Source of the DNA: an uncultured bacterium
GTDB lineage: Bacteria > Poribacteria > WGA-4E > WGA-3G
Length of the DNA: 64,000 nucleotides
Assembly: GCA_964523645.1 (NCBI GenBank)
Contig: CAZGAW010000002.1
Span: forward strand, 30,253 to 94,252
Direction: 5' to 3'
In this document: positions 17,708 through 26,038 of the stretch, piece by piece
Position numbering within the stretch: position 1 is the first letter of the stretch
Layout of the letters: each line of letters begins with the position of its first letter
Notes under the pieces: generated by a model
What the model saw: the letters and a program-made list of their open reading frames with translations, nothing else
What the model was told of the DNA's origin: nothing
Databases searched by the model: none
Made by a program: the position numbers and the translations under genes

Positions 17708-18262
17708 ATGGAGACAGTAACACTTACCTATAAAAGACCTCCTGATCGAGTTAACCACTTTCAGCAGCAATTACTTTATCTCGACGAGGATGTTATTGTT
17801 ACATCTCAACGGGTGAAACCGTCTTCACCTATCGTTCAGAACGGTCAGACGGTTTTGGCGGATAACTTCGCCGCTGTCTGGTTCGTATTCACAGGGCTTT
17901 GGTACGATGTCGGCAAAGTTTATAATCTGAAAAACGAGTGGACTGGCTATTACTGTGATATTATGAAGCCGGTCAAACGAAACATAGATGTCAACCGGAA
18001 ACTCAACCGTTTTGAAATAACCGACCTGTTCCTGGATCTTTGGATAAATCCAGATGGCACCTATGAAATTCAGGATGAGGACGAATTTGAAGATGCAGTT
18101 CAGGATGGTGCCATTGATGCCGCGTTGGGAAAAAAAGCATTGGAGGTCCTAAAGGCATTAATTGTTGAAGTTGAGTCGGGAGACGTGGAACATCGTTTGC
18201 AAGAGGTAATGCGTAGCGCAGAATTTCCAGATTTGCAGGATTATATAGAAAGGTTACCTTAG
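17708..18262 (+). CDS. DUF402-domain protein (FomD/nucleoside-diphosphatase-like fold)
   Basis: 184 aa; W..YYCDI..P pattern typical of DUF402. Confidence 0.5.
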   Translation: METVTLTYKRPPDRVNHFQQQLLYLDEDVIVTSQRVKPSSPIVQNGQTVLADNFAAVWFVFTGLWYDVGKVYNLKNEWTGYYCDIMKPVKRNIDVNRKLNRFEITDLFLDLWINPDGTYEIQDEDEFEDAVQDGAIDAALGKKALEVLKALIVEVESGDVEHRLQEVMRSAEFPDLQDYIERLP

Positions 18263-18285
18263 GAATTAAGAGGAGGGATGAAGAT

Positions 18286-19500
18286 ATGGCAAGATTAGCA
18301 ATAAACGGCGGCGAACCTGTCCGAACTAATTCTTACCCGACCTGGCCCACGCAGGATCCTACCGATATTGAAGCGTTTGAAAGTATTTACAAAAGTGGAC
18401 AATGGGGGGTTGGTGGACCGAAAGTTCCAGAATTTGCGCAACAATTCGCCGATTTCCAAGGTGCAAAGTATGGTGTTTGCGTCAATAGCGGCACCTCGGC
18501 ACTCTATATCGCTCTAAAAGCGGCGGGTGTTTGCCCGGGCGATGAAGTTATCACCACACCCTATACATTCCAAGCAACAGTCGTCGCCATTCTAATGACG
18601 CACGCTGTGCCGGTCTTTGTGGATACTGCACCGGATAGTTTCCTGTTGGATCCCTCTAAGGTCGAAGCCGCGATAACGGAAAAAACGAAGGTGATTTTAC
18701 CCGTTCATATCGCCGGATATCCAGCGGATCTGGATGCACTCGTTGACATTGCGAATCAGCATAACCTTAAGGTTGTTGAGGATTGTGCGCAGGCACACGG
18801 CGCGGAATGGCGCGGGCGCGGTGTCGGCAGCTGGGGACATTTCGGGTGCTTCAGTTTCCAGTCATCCAAAAATCTTTGTGCCGGTGAAGGTGGCATCGTC
18901 CTCATAAACGATCGAGAACTCTACGAACGTGCCTATGCGCTCCATAACTGTGGTCGCACTCTACCAGATGCCGAGTTCGGAGACGTAGAGCCTTTTGGTG
19001 GAAACTTCCGAATGACGGAATGGCAAGCTGGGTTACTTCTCTCCCGGTTAACCCGACTTGAAGCTGAAACCAACTATCGGCATAAGAACATGCGGTGGTT
19101 AGATGGTTGGCTCGGCGAGATTCCGGGCATTAAAGTTACACCGCTTGATCCGCGCGCCACGCGTGGCGGATGCCACGGCTATAAGGCAATCTTTGATTCT
19201 GAGGAGTTTGAAGGTATCTCACGCGAGACGTTTCTCCGTGCAATGCGCGCCGAAGGGATACCGATGGGATATTGGTATACCACCCCTATGTATCAGGCAG
19301 ACTTTCTCGCCTCTAATCTTTTAGGTCAGGGCCTCAATTATGATGATGTGCATTGCCCTGAAACTGAGAAACTATGTCAAACAGGTCTCTCCTTAAGTCA
19401 AAATGTATTGATGGCGAGTGAAAAGGATATAGAGGATATTGTCAAGGCAGCGATTAAAATTCGCCGGAATGTCGCTGAGCTAAAGCCGGAAACCTCTTAG
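18286..19500 (+). CDS. DegT/DnrJ/EryC1/StrS-family PLP-dependent sugar aminotransferase
   Basis: VNSGTSALYIAL, EDCAQAHGA and SFQSSKNL (PLP lysine context). Confidence 0.8.
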   Translation: MARLAINGGEPVRTNSYPTWPTQDPTDIEAFESIYKSGQWGVGGPKVPEFAQQFADFQGAKYGVCVNSGTSALYIALKAAGVCPGDEVITTPYTFQATVVAILMTHAVPVFVDTAPDSFLLDPSKVEAAITEKTKVILPVHIAGYPADLDALVDIANQHNLKVVEDCAQAHGAEWRGRGVGSWGHFGCFSFQSSKNLCAGEGGIVLINDRELYERAYALHNCGRTLPDAEFGDVEPFGGNFRMTEWQAGLLLSRLTRLEAETNYRHKNMRWLDGWLGEIPGIKVTPLDPRATRGGCHGYKAIFDSEEFEGISRETFLRAMRAEGIPMGYWYTTPMYQADFLASNLLGQGLNYDDVHCPETEKLCQTGLSLSQNVLMASEKDIEDIVKAAIKIRRNVAELKPETS

Positions 19501-19628
19501 TAAGATAGTTAGCAGTTGCCAATTTGCCTCACAGTAAGAGATACAAGCGGCGTGTCTTTGCTTGGGGCATCCTCATTTCTTCGGATTTCTTCAAGGCTAT
19601 TCAAACCTTCCTTTAACCGACAACGCTT

Positions 19629-19768
19629 TATAGTAAATCCCACAATTAACTTATACACCAACGGGAAGGCGAGGTTACCAGGGGAAACACCCCAGCAAAA
19701 ACACCTCGCCAGCGACGGAAGGGGGCTTGTGTTTATAGCGTATGCACTTATTTTTAGGATTTACTATA
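19629..19768. mobile_element. MITE-like element with perfect 12-bp TIRs TATAGTAAATCC / GGATTTACTATA (copy 1)
   Basis: The interior aligns, in reverse orientation, with the interior of 23915-24032, including hairpin GGCGAGGT...ACCTCGCC and CAGCGACGGA. Confidence 0.75.
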
Positions 19769-19823
19769 ACTGAAAACTGAAAAGATTTTTTCTAAAAAAA
19801 GTCCGACTGACTGCTGAAAACTA
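19768..19823. repeat. heptad repeats (AACTGAAAACTGAAAAG ... CCGACTGACTGCTGAAAACTA)
   Basis: 7-nt CYGANNN periodicity, abutting the MITE right end. Confidence 0.6.
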
Positions 19824-19826
19824 TTC

Positions 19827-19861
19827 TACTATCCTTTTGGTCTGAAGCGAGTCTATATAGA
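19827..19861 (+). repeat. ~36-bp direct repeat, copy 1 (TACTATCCTTTTGGTCTGAAGCGAGTCTATATAGA)
   Basis: About 80 percent identical to 20041-20075; both end in the palindrome CTATATAG. Confidence 0.7.
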
Positions 19862-20040
19862 CAACCCGACAGACAGATTTTTAACGTTTAACTCTGAGCT
19901 GCTGTGCCCGTTTACTTTACAGTGAGAATGCACTATTCCAATTGTTAAAAGCTTTTCATCATCCAGAAACGTTTGGACTTAACCGAAAACCACCCTGAAA
20001 CATAGTGGAACGGTGCCCAGATTTAATAGTTAAAAAATTT

Positions 20041-20075
20041 TACTATCCTTTTCAGTCTTAAGGGACTCTATATAG
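20041..20075 (+). repeat. ~36-bp direct repeat, copy 2 (TACTATCCTTTTCAGTCTTAAGGGACTCTATATAG)
   Basis: See 19827-19861; lies 55 nt upstream of ATG 20129. Confidence 0.7.
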
Positions 20076-20128
20076 GCAAATCCATAAGCGCAAGCCGCTG
20101 TAGGCTTGCCGGACAATAGGAGAAAATA

Positions 20129-20713
20129 ATGTCTAACGAACGTGAAAACCAGAAGGAAAATCGTCGGCAAAAGGAAATCCGCCAAATTCTTCGGCTATTG
20201 GAAATGACTGCACGCCTCATAGAAAGTTCAGCGATTACAGACCAATTTTCAGGCAGTGAAGAGCGATGTGCTCGTCAATTTAACAACGCACTTGAACTCC
20301 TGACCGATCTCGGTGCGGTGCCTGAGAATCTGTTTGAACCTTTAGAGGATGATAATGCCTCTTTTGGCGATATTTGCTTTGCCTGTCACCAGGCCGCTGC
20401 CTATGTTAAAGAAAGCTGCACTGATGATTTTGTTGACTTTACGCAAATCAAGAAAACGATTGGCGATGAGTTGAAAGATGTCAGCGAGGTTGTCCGACAA
20501 TCGATGCCCACCTTCCTGAAAGATGTATGGGGCGGACAAACACAAGAAGTGGATATTGATATTGCTGAGACTGTTGAGGTCACCTCAGACGACGAGGAGG
20601 ACACCACATCTGTCGAGCAGCGTATTGCCAAACTTGAAGGGCAAATGGAGACCGTTGTGGAAATCCTCCAAGAGATCCGGACACAACAGGTTGAACAGAA
20701 CAAAGAAGTATAG
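20129..20713 (+). CDS. hypothetical acidic coiled-coil protein
   Basis: 194-aa ORF with SD AGGAG 8 nt upstream; no recognisable motif. Confidence 0.5.
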   Translation: MSNERENQKENRRQKEIRQILRLLEMTARLIESSAITDQFSGSEERCARQFNNALELLTDLGAVPENLFEPLEDDNASFGDICFACHQAAAYVKESCTDDFVDFTQIKKTIGDELKDVSEVVRQSMPTFLKDVWGGQTQEVDIDIAETVEVTSDDEEDTTSVEQRIAKLEGQMETVVEILQEIRTQQVEQNKEV

Positions 20714-20720
20714 AATAGGA

Positions 20721-20815
20721 GTCAGCCATCAGCAGTCAGCAGTCAGCAAGAGGGTGTAATTACATCAGAAAACCTCTTAACTAACAGCCGATTGCTGATA
20801 CCCTGATAGCCACTG
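20721..20815. repeat. heptad-armed palindromic element (complete, intergenic)
   Basis: GTCAGCCATCAGCAGTCAGCAGTCAGCAAGAGGGTG-loop-AAAACCTCTTAACTAACAGCCGATTGCTGATACCCTGATAGCCACTG; ends 2 nt before ATG 20818. Confidence 0.8.
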
Positions 20816-20817
20816 TA

Positions 20818-21897
20818 ATGAAAGTATTTATCGCGTTAGTTGTCTTTTTTTTATTCTCACTTCTATTCTATGGTATTGGCTGCCAATTTACATCTCTAAC
20901 GGCGGAGGAACCCGTTTTGGAAACAATTAAAAAAACATACGATGTCAAGAGTGGCGGGACTTTAAGCGTTTCGTCGGAGTTCGGTGCAATTGAAATCCGA
21001 ACCGCTGAACAGGATAAGGTTGAGGTTGTTGTCACGAAACAATCAAAGTCGAAACTGGTTAAGGCATCTCAAGAAATGCTCGCAGATTTTGAACTGGCGT
21101 TTGAACACAATGATTCCGATGTACGTATTGACGGGAGTTTCAAGCACGGTCGGGAGCATTGGCGGAAGCATTTGAATCGCCTGAAAGTTCAGTTTCTGAT
21201 AACAGTACCACAACGTTACAACCTTGACTTGGACACCTCAAGCGGTAGCATTTCTGTGGCAGACCTTGGGGGTACTGTGCGTGCAAAGACTTCAGGCGGC
21301 AGTTTGCGGCTTGGGAAGATTACGGGCACCGTGTGGGGACATACATCCGGTGGAAACATTGATCTCACATCGTGTGGCAATTCGGTGGATCTCAAAACGT
21401 CTGGTGGGAATGTTGAAGTCGTTGATGTCGCGGGTGATGTAAAGGCACAAACTTCTGGAGGTAACCTCCGTTTTGGGGCGATTGAGGGTTCTATTTGGGG
21501 CAAAACTTCAGGCGGCAGCATCAAGGTTGCGAGTTGTAGCGGCGGTGCAGATGTTCGGACCTCAGGCGGTAGTATCAGACTCCAGAACGTTGGCGGGAGT
21601 GTAAACGCGAAAACTTCGGGAGGTTCCATCTATGCCGCTATGACAACACAACCGCAGCGTGAATGTAACTTGCGCACATCGGGCGGTGGGATCACCGTTG
21701 CGCTTATTCCAGATATCGCTGTTGATGTAGAAGCAAAAACAAGTGGCGGACATGTCTCCACGGATTTTGCGGTGGAATCGGTTATTCAAGGAAAGGTTCC
21801 CCAAAATAGGTTGGAAGGTAGCATAAACGGCGGCGGTCCCTTGCTGAAATTGCGCACCTCTGGAGGGAACATTCATTTGCAGAAGAAGGAAGATTAA
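20818..21897 (+). CDS. DUF4097 'toastrack' beta-solenoid protein (putative adhesin family)
   Basis: More than 10 repeats of the type TSGGSI/TSGGNI-x-L/V; N-terminal TM/signal. Confidence 0.7.
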   Translation: MKVFIALVVFFLFSLLFYGIGCQFTSLTAEEPVLETIKKTYDVKSGGTLSVSSEFGAIEIRTAEQDKVEVVVTKQSKSKLVKASQEMLADFELAFEHNDSDVRIDGSFKHGREHWRKHLNRLKVQFLITVPQRYNLDLDTSSGSISVADLGGTVRAKTSGGSLRLGKITGTVWGHTSGGNIDLTSCGNSVDLKTSGGNVEVVDVAGDVKAQTSGGNLRFGAIEGSIWGKTSGGSIKVASCSGGADVRTSGGSIRLQNVGGSVNAKTSGGSIYAAMTTQPQRECNLRTSGGGITVALIPDIAVDVEAKTSGGHVSTDFAVESVIQGKVPQNRLEGSINGGGPLLKLRTSGGNIHLQKKED

Positions 21898-21928
21898 GAG
21901 CATTTCGGGACGCGAAGTTGTGTTTAGC

Positions 21929-21974
21929 AGGACAAGAGAGTTATATGATACGCACAACCGATAACTGATAACCA
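21929..21974. repeat. partial heptad element (CAAGAGAG ... ACAACCGATAACTGATAACCA)
   Basis: Right-arm heptads plus an AAGAG-like core; no clear left arm. Confidence 0.5.
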
Positions 21975-21976
21975 TT

Positions 21977-23899
21977 CTACCAATGTTTAAAGGAATACAT
22001 CCGCTGTCCGAGAAGCAGCCCTAAAATTGCCCATATACTTCCCATCACAAATTCGCCGAGCATTGTACCGAAAAAGAACGGCAGTGTTCGGCGATACGCG
22101 CCGATCCCGCCGTGACGAATCAATATAGACTTTATCACCCAAGCGAGAAACACAGGAAACCAGAGCCGACCGAAATTCCAATTACCAGCGAGTGGATAGG
22201 CAAGTGGGTGAAGCTGCCACCAAATGAACCGCAAACGCATAAAGAGCGTGGCAAGCGTGAGAGAAATACCGAAACCGAAAAATCCGACGTGTCTCCAATC
22301 TGTATCACTTGGAAGCGTTAGCCACCGTTGCAAATCACTGAATGCCTCCTGCCCACGCCATGTCCCCAAACTGCCGTGCAGATAACCTGCGTGTAGAAAC
22401 GCGATGAACCCCATAACTAACCCGATAACCGTCGCGCCCCACATCACCCAAAGGAGCTGACGGGTATTGATTGCGCCCTTATCGGCGAGTTTGAACCCTT
22501 CTAATTGATTCGGCATCGGTTGCGAACGGTAGTTGCGAGTAAATCCATAGAGGAAAGCGAACCCTGTCAGCGTCGGAGCACCAATCTTTCGGGATCCGAA
22601 GAGTGAGGTCAGAAAAATGCCAGGACCGGCTCGGTAGAAATCCTGTGTCGGTGTTCCGAGTTCCGCTCGCATCCGAGTGAACGCCAAAACAAGAATGAAG
22701 TGGATACTGAAAAATCCCAAGACACCCCACCACGACATACCCGCCTTGAGACAAAACCCGAATACAATCGCGATACTGACCAATAGCCCAAACACGGCAG
22801 TGCGATACCCTATCGGTTCGCTTCTTGGGTCAAGATTAGTTTTCAATCCTAAGATGTTCCGCACCACCTGCCATAAATGCTTGTGTGTTATCCAGAGTGC
22901 AAAGAAACAAAGCCCGAAATATGCGCCAAGCGATTGCATATCAATATGTGGATAACCGGGCGTCTGATTCAATCCCGTCATCGCGCCGAAGACAAGCTGC
23001 GCCTTCCAAAAGAGATAGAACAACCAGCAAGAGAGCGACAGATCCAGTGGCATTAAGAAACCGATACCGATGGCGTAAGGATTCAGATGAATAGGCGTTG
23101 AACCGATAGCATTGAGCGGCTTCTCCGTGAATAACAGTCCAATATCGTGACGGATGGGGATACTCGGTACATAAGGATAAAGAAAACTGATACCGTTGAG
23201 CAGATCAATCCCACATCCAACGGCGAACCCTATCCAGAGGAGCCGATTTCGGTAGAAACTTGGACCTTTCGTCATTTCAAAGGGAAGTAAGATGATGGGG
23301 TAGCTTAGTTTTTCGTGTTCGATCCACTGTTTGCGGAGGATGACACTCAGCATCATCATGGAGAACGCGAGTGCTGAGAAGAAAAGCAGCCATGCCAACA
23401 CGGGGGTCAGCCATGCCTGGATATGCTCCATTTCAAATAGGTTTGAGGTGCCTTCATAGTAACCGGTTAAAGCACGTCGATCTGTTACGGCGATCCAGTC
23501 AGGAATGTATCGGAAAAATAGAGATTGCCATTCATTCTCCGGTGTAGCAAACCACGTGGCGTGGCCCAGGACACACATTGTCGCTTGCAATAAGTCGTGT
23601 CCGCAGACGACGCATGCCAGCGTCACCATGAGATACACCGTCAGCATTTCGGCTTGTGTAAGCTGCCATTTCGGAAGATAACGCGTTAAAAATAGGTTGA
23701 GAAGTGCAATGAGAAAGAGCGTGAAGACGGCGTTGAAGAAAATCGCCATCGTGGTAGGATATTGCGTTGTCCACACTGTTTCCGTTTGTACGACAAGGTA
23801 GATATTGAGCGGCAGCGATAGCAGCCCTAATAGTATGGCTCGCCAAGTAATGTTCTCAACGGAGGCACGCGAAGGTATGTCCATGTCTTTTATTTTCAA
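21977..23899 (-). CDS. large polytopic membrane protein, function unknown
   Basis: 640 aa, at least 12 hydrophobic segments, W/F-rich; no motif recognised. Confidence 0.6.
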   Translation of the reverse strand: MKIKDMDIPSRASVENITWRAILLGLLSLPLNIYLVVQTETVWTTQYPTTMAIFFNAVFTLFLIALLNLFLTRYLPKWQLTQAEMLTVYLMVTLACVVCGHDLLQATMCVLGHATWFATPENEWQSLFFRYIPDWIAVTDRRALTGYYEGTSNLFEMEHIQAWLTPVLAWLLFFSALAFSMMMLSVILRKQWIEHEKLSYPIILLPFEMTKGPSFYRNRLLWIGFAVGCGIDLLNGISFLYPYVPSIPIRHDIGLLFTEKPLNAIGSTPIHLNPYAIGIGFLMPLDLSLSCWLFYLFWKAQLVFGAMTGLNQTPGYPHIDMQSLGAYFGLCFFALWITHKHLWQVVRNILGLKTNLDPRSEPIGYRTAVFGLLVSIAIVFGFCLKAGMSWWGVLGFFSIHFILVLAFTRMRAELGTPTQDFYRAGPGIFLTSLFGSRKIGAPTLTGFAFLYGFTRNYRSQPMPNQLEGFKLADKGAINTRQLLWVMWGATVIGLVMGFIAFLHAGYLHGSLGTWRGQEAFSDLQRWLTLPSDTDWRHVGFFGFGISLTLATLFMRLRFIWWQLHPLAYPLAGNWNFGRLWFPVFLAWVIKSILIRHGGIGAYRRTLPFFFGTMLGEFVMGSIWAILGLLLGQRMYSFKHW

Positions 23900-23914
23900 C
23901 GTGTAACGGAATTT

Positions 23915-24032
23915 TATAGTAAAGCCTGAAAATAAGTGAACACGCTATAAAACGCAAATACCTTTCCTCCGCTGGCGAGGTTTCTAACCTCGCCCATCTG
24001 TTGGTGTCCAAATAATTATGGGCTTTACTATA
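23915..24032. mobile_element. MITE-like element with perfect 12-bp TIRs TATAGTAAAGCC / GGCTTTACTATA (copy 2)
   Basis: Homologous to 19629-19768 in inverted orientation, with a shorter central hairpin GGCGAGGTTTCTAACCTCGCC. Confidence 0.75.
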
Positions 24033-24046
24033 ATGGCGTTTATATC

Positions 24047-26038
24047 TCAGAAGGTATGCTCAATCCCCCAAAAAATCATCTGTTTGAACGATGGATCCGA
24101 GGGTGCATCGAGTGGAAAAGCGAATTCAACCCGAAATATGCCAGCATTGCTAACTTTGGCAAATCCACCTCGTAGTCCGAATCCAACGCTCCGTTTGGGT
24201 TCGGCAAAGTTAAATGTGTGTTGCCCATTCCAGATGTAACCGATGTCAGTAAAGGCAATGCCACTTAAGATGAGACCGAGGTTGACAGAGCGTTTGATAA
24301 ACGGCTTCACAATGAATGTAGCAACGGCTTCAATTCCATCATCAAGCTTCCTGAAGAGCGTTCCACCGAAAACTGTTCGACTTTCAAGGCGTAGTACCAT
24401 CATTTTTTCACCGTTAAATTGCCGGTAGTTGTAACCCCGCAACCCATTGAAAGCACCAAGGATGACTTGGCTTTCACCCCGCCATCCGAACAGCATTTCT
24501 GTCTTAAATTCCGCTACGAACGTTTGATGAAAATCGAAAAAGCCGTTCTTACGAAATCCTTTGTCAACTGTATAGATGTCCCCTGTATTGAATACATCTG
24601 TGTAATACCATGAAGTCCGCGCCTGAATCATAGAACGCTCAATTCGGGTTGTAAGATATGTCCCGATGTCTATAAGCATTGTGCCTAATATGTGGTTTCC
24701 GCCTGTCCACCCCGATCTACCAATAAGGTTTGCATAAGTTTCTGCCCTGTCTGAACCGAATAAAGAGGAGGCTTGTCCTAATGAGAAAGCGTATTCAGAC
24801 CCGACAAAAAAGTCTTCTTCACGCCCTATTCTCCTGATGAACCGAGTTTTGTGGTAGGTGACGCGTTTCCGACCCATAGTGACACCGACCAGTTTAATGT
24901 CACGGTTTGATGGTTCCGCCATAGAAGCATGAGGTTTCTCGATTAACACGTAATTTGAGCGGCGTGAGCTTGCCCAAAGTCCAACGTAATTTTGCCGTTT
25001 CCGGTCCCCAAAATACCGTCGGATTCTCCCAGACGCGCCTTGAAGGTTCACCTCAAATCTATCTGTTGCGACTAACCCATGCGTGTGCGACTCCGTTTCA
25101 TACCATGCAAAATCGCCTGTTGCTTCTGAGAAGCTAAACCGCGCGCTCCAACGGCTCTTCAACGTGTATTGCGGACGTTCCAGCACAACCGCCCATGAAT
25201 CTCCTTCACGTTTTTGGATATAGGCACCATCAAAGTTCCAATGTGAACTGAAAACACGCGGCATTCTATACTTCCATGTGAGTAGACTCTTGGTCTTTTC
25301 TCCAATTTCGCTAATCCGTTGATAGCGAAGTTCGGTGTCATGACCAGAACCGAATACATTGGATTCCCGTATCCCTAAAAGAAATACCCCGCCTTGACTG
25401 TTCAATGCCGGATCGAAGGACGGAAGAGGCGGAGACCAGAGTTCTGTGATGTTGACTTGAATCGTAACCGAGTTTGAATTGGCATTCCAAAGCGTCTCAA
25501 TTCGAGCGGCTCCAATGTAAGTCTTATCTCGAAGTATTTGTTCGCTTTCTTCTTTATCTGCTTCTACATAAACATCCCCCACCTCAAATAGGAGTTCACG
25601 GAGAATTACGTCTTCTTTCGTTTTTTCGTTACCTGATAAAGTAATGTCCCCAACAAGACCTTCGTCAATCTCAATGCCGAGATAAATACCATCTCTGAAT
25701 TTTTTCACGGAGAGTTGTTCTTCATCCACACGCGCATAACGGTAGCCGTTTTCCTGATAGAAACGTGTAATCGCTTCAAAGTCTGCCTTCAGGATCGTTT
25801 CCTCGTAAATACTCCACACATCTGTCCGCATCAGCGCACGGATTTGCTGTTCAGAAAATGATTGGTTTCCCTTGATTACGACACTGCGGACAATATTCGC
25901 TTCATCTTCTATAGGGGTTATTCTGTGCTGCGCGGTATTTCCCGTTTCGGATGAAATCTCAACTTGTATACCGATACTCAGTAGAATAATTATGCAAAAA
26001 GTCCGAAACGAGTGCCAGACATACTGAAAATCTGTCAT
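24047..26038 (-). CDS. Omp85/BamA-family outer-membrane protein (POTRA + surface-antigen barrel)
   Basis: VVIKGNQSFSEQQIRALM and TLSGNEKTKEDVILREL (POTRA); C-terminal barrel ending ...WGIEHTF; start overlaps the upstream stop (TAATG). Confidence 0.7.
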   Translation of the reverse strand: MTDFQYVWHSFRTFCIIILLSIGIQVEISSETGNTAQHRITPIEDEANIVRSVVIKGNQSFSEQQIRALMRTDVWSIYEETILKADFEAITRFYQENGYRYARVDEEQLSVKKFRDGIYLGIEIDEGLVGDITLSGNEKTKEDVILRELLFEVGDVYVEADKEESEQILRDKTYIGAARIETLWNANSNSVTIQVNITELWSPPLPSFDPALNSQGGVFLLGIRESNVFGSGHDTELRYQRISEIGEKTKSLLTWKYRMPRVFSSHWNFDGAYIQKREGDSWAVVLERPQYTLKSRWSARFSFSEATGDFAWYETESHTHGLVATDRFEVNLQGASGRIRRYFGDRKRQNYVGLWASSRRSNYVLIEKPHASMAEPSNRDIKLVGVTMGRKRVTYHKTRFIRRIGREEDFFVGSEYAFSLGQASSLFGSDRAETYANLIGRSGWTGGNHILGTMLIDIGTYLTTRIERSMIQARTSWYYTDVFNTGDIYTVDKGFRKNGFFDFHQTFVAEFKTEMLFGWRGESQVILGAFNGLRGYNYRQFNGEKMMVLRLESRTVFGGTLFRKLDDGIEAVATFIVKPFIKRSVNLGLILSGIAFTDIGYIWNGQHTFNFAEPKRSVGFGLRGGFAKVSNAGIFRVEFAFPLDAPSDPSFKQMIFWGIEHTF

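Noticed and set aside
21216-21629. 137-aa antisense ORF inside the DUF4097 gene (also 21224-21442 and 21562-21975)
   Set aside because: These are a by-product of the repetitive TSGG-coding sequence, whose reverse complement is PPEV-rich and stop-free. The sense ORF has the recognisable family pattern.
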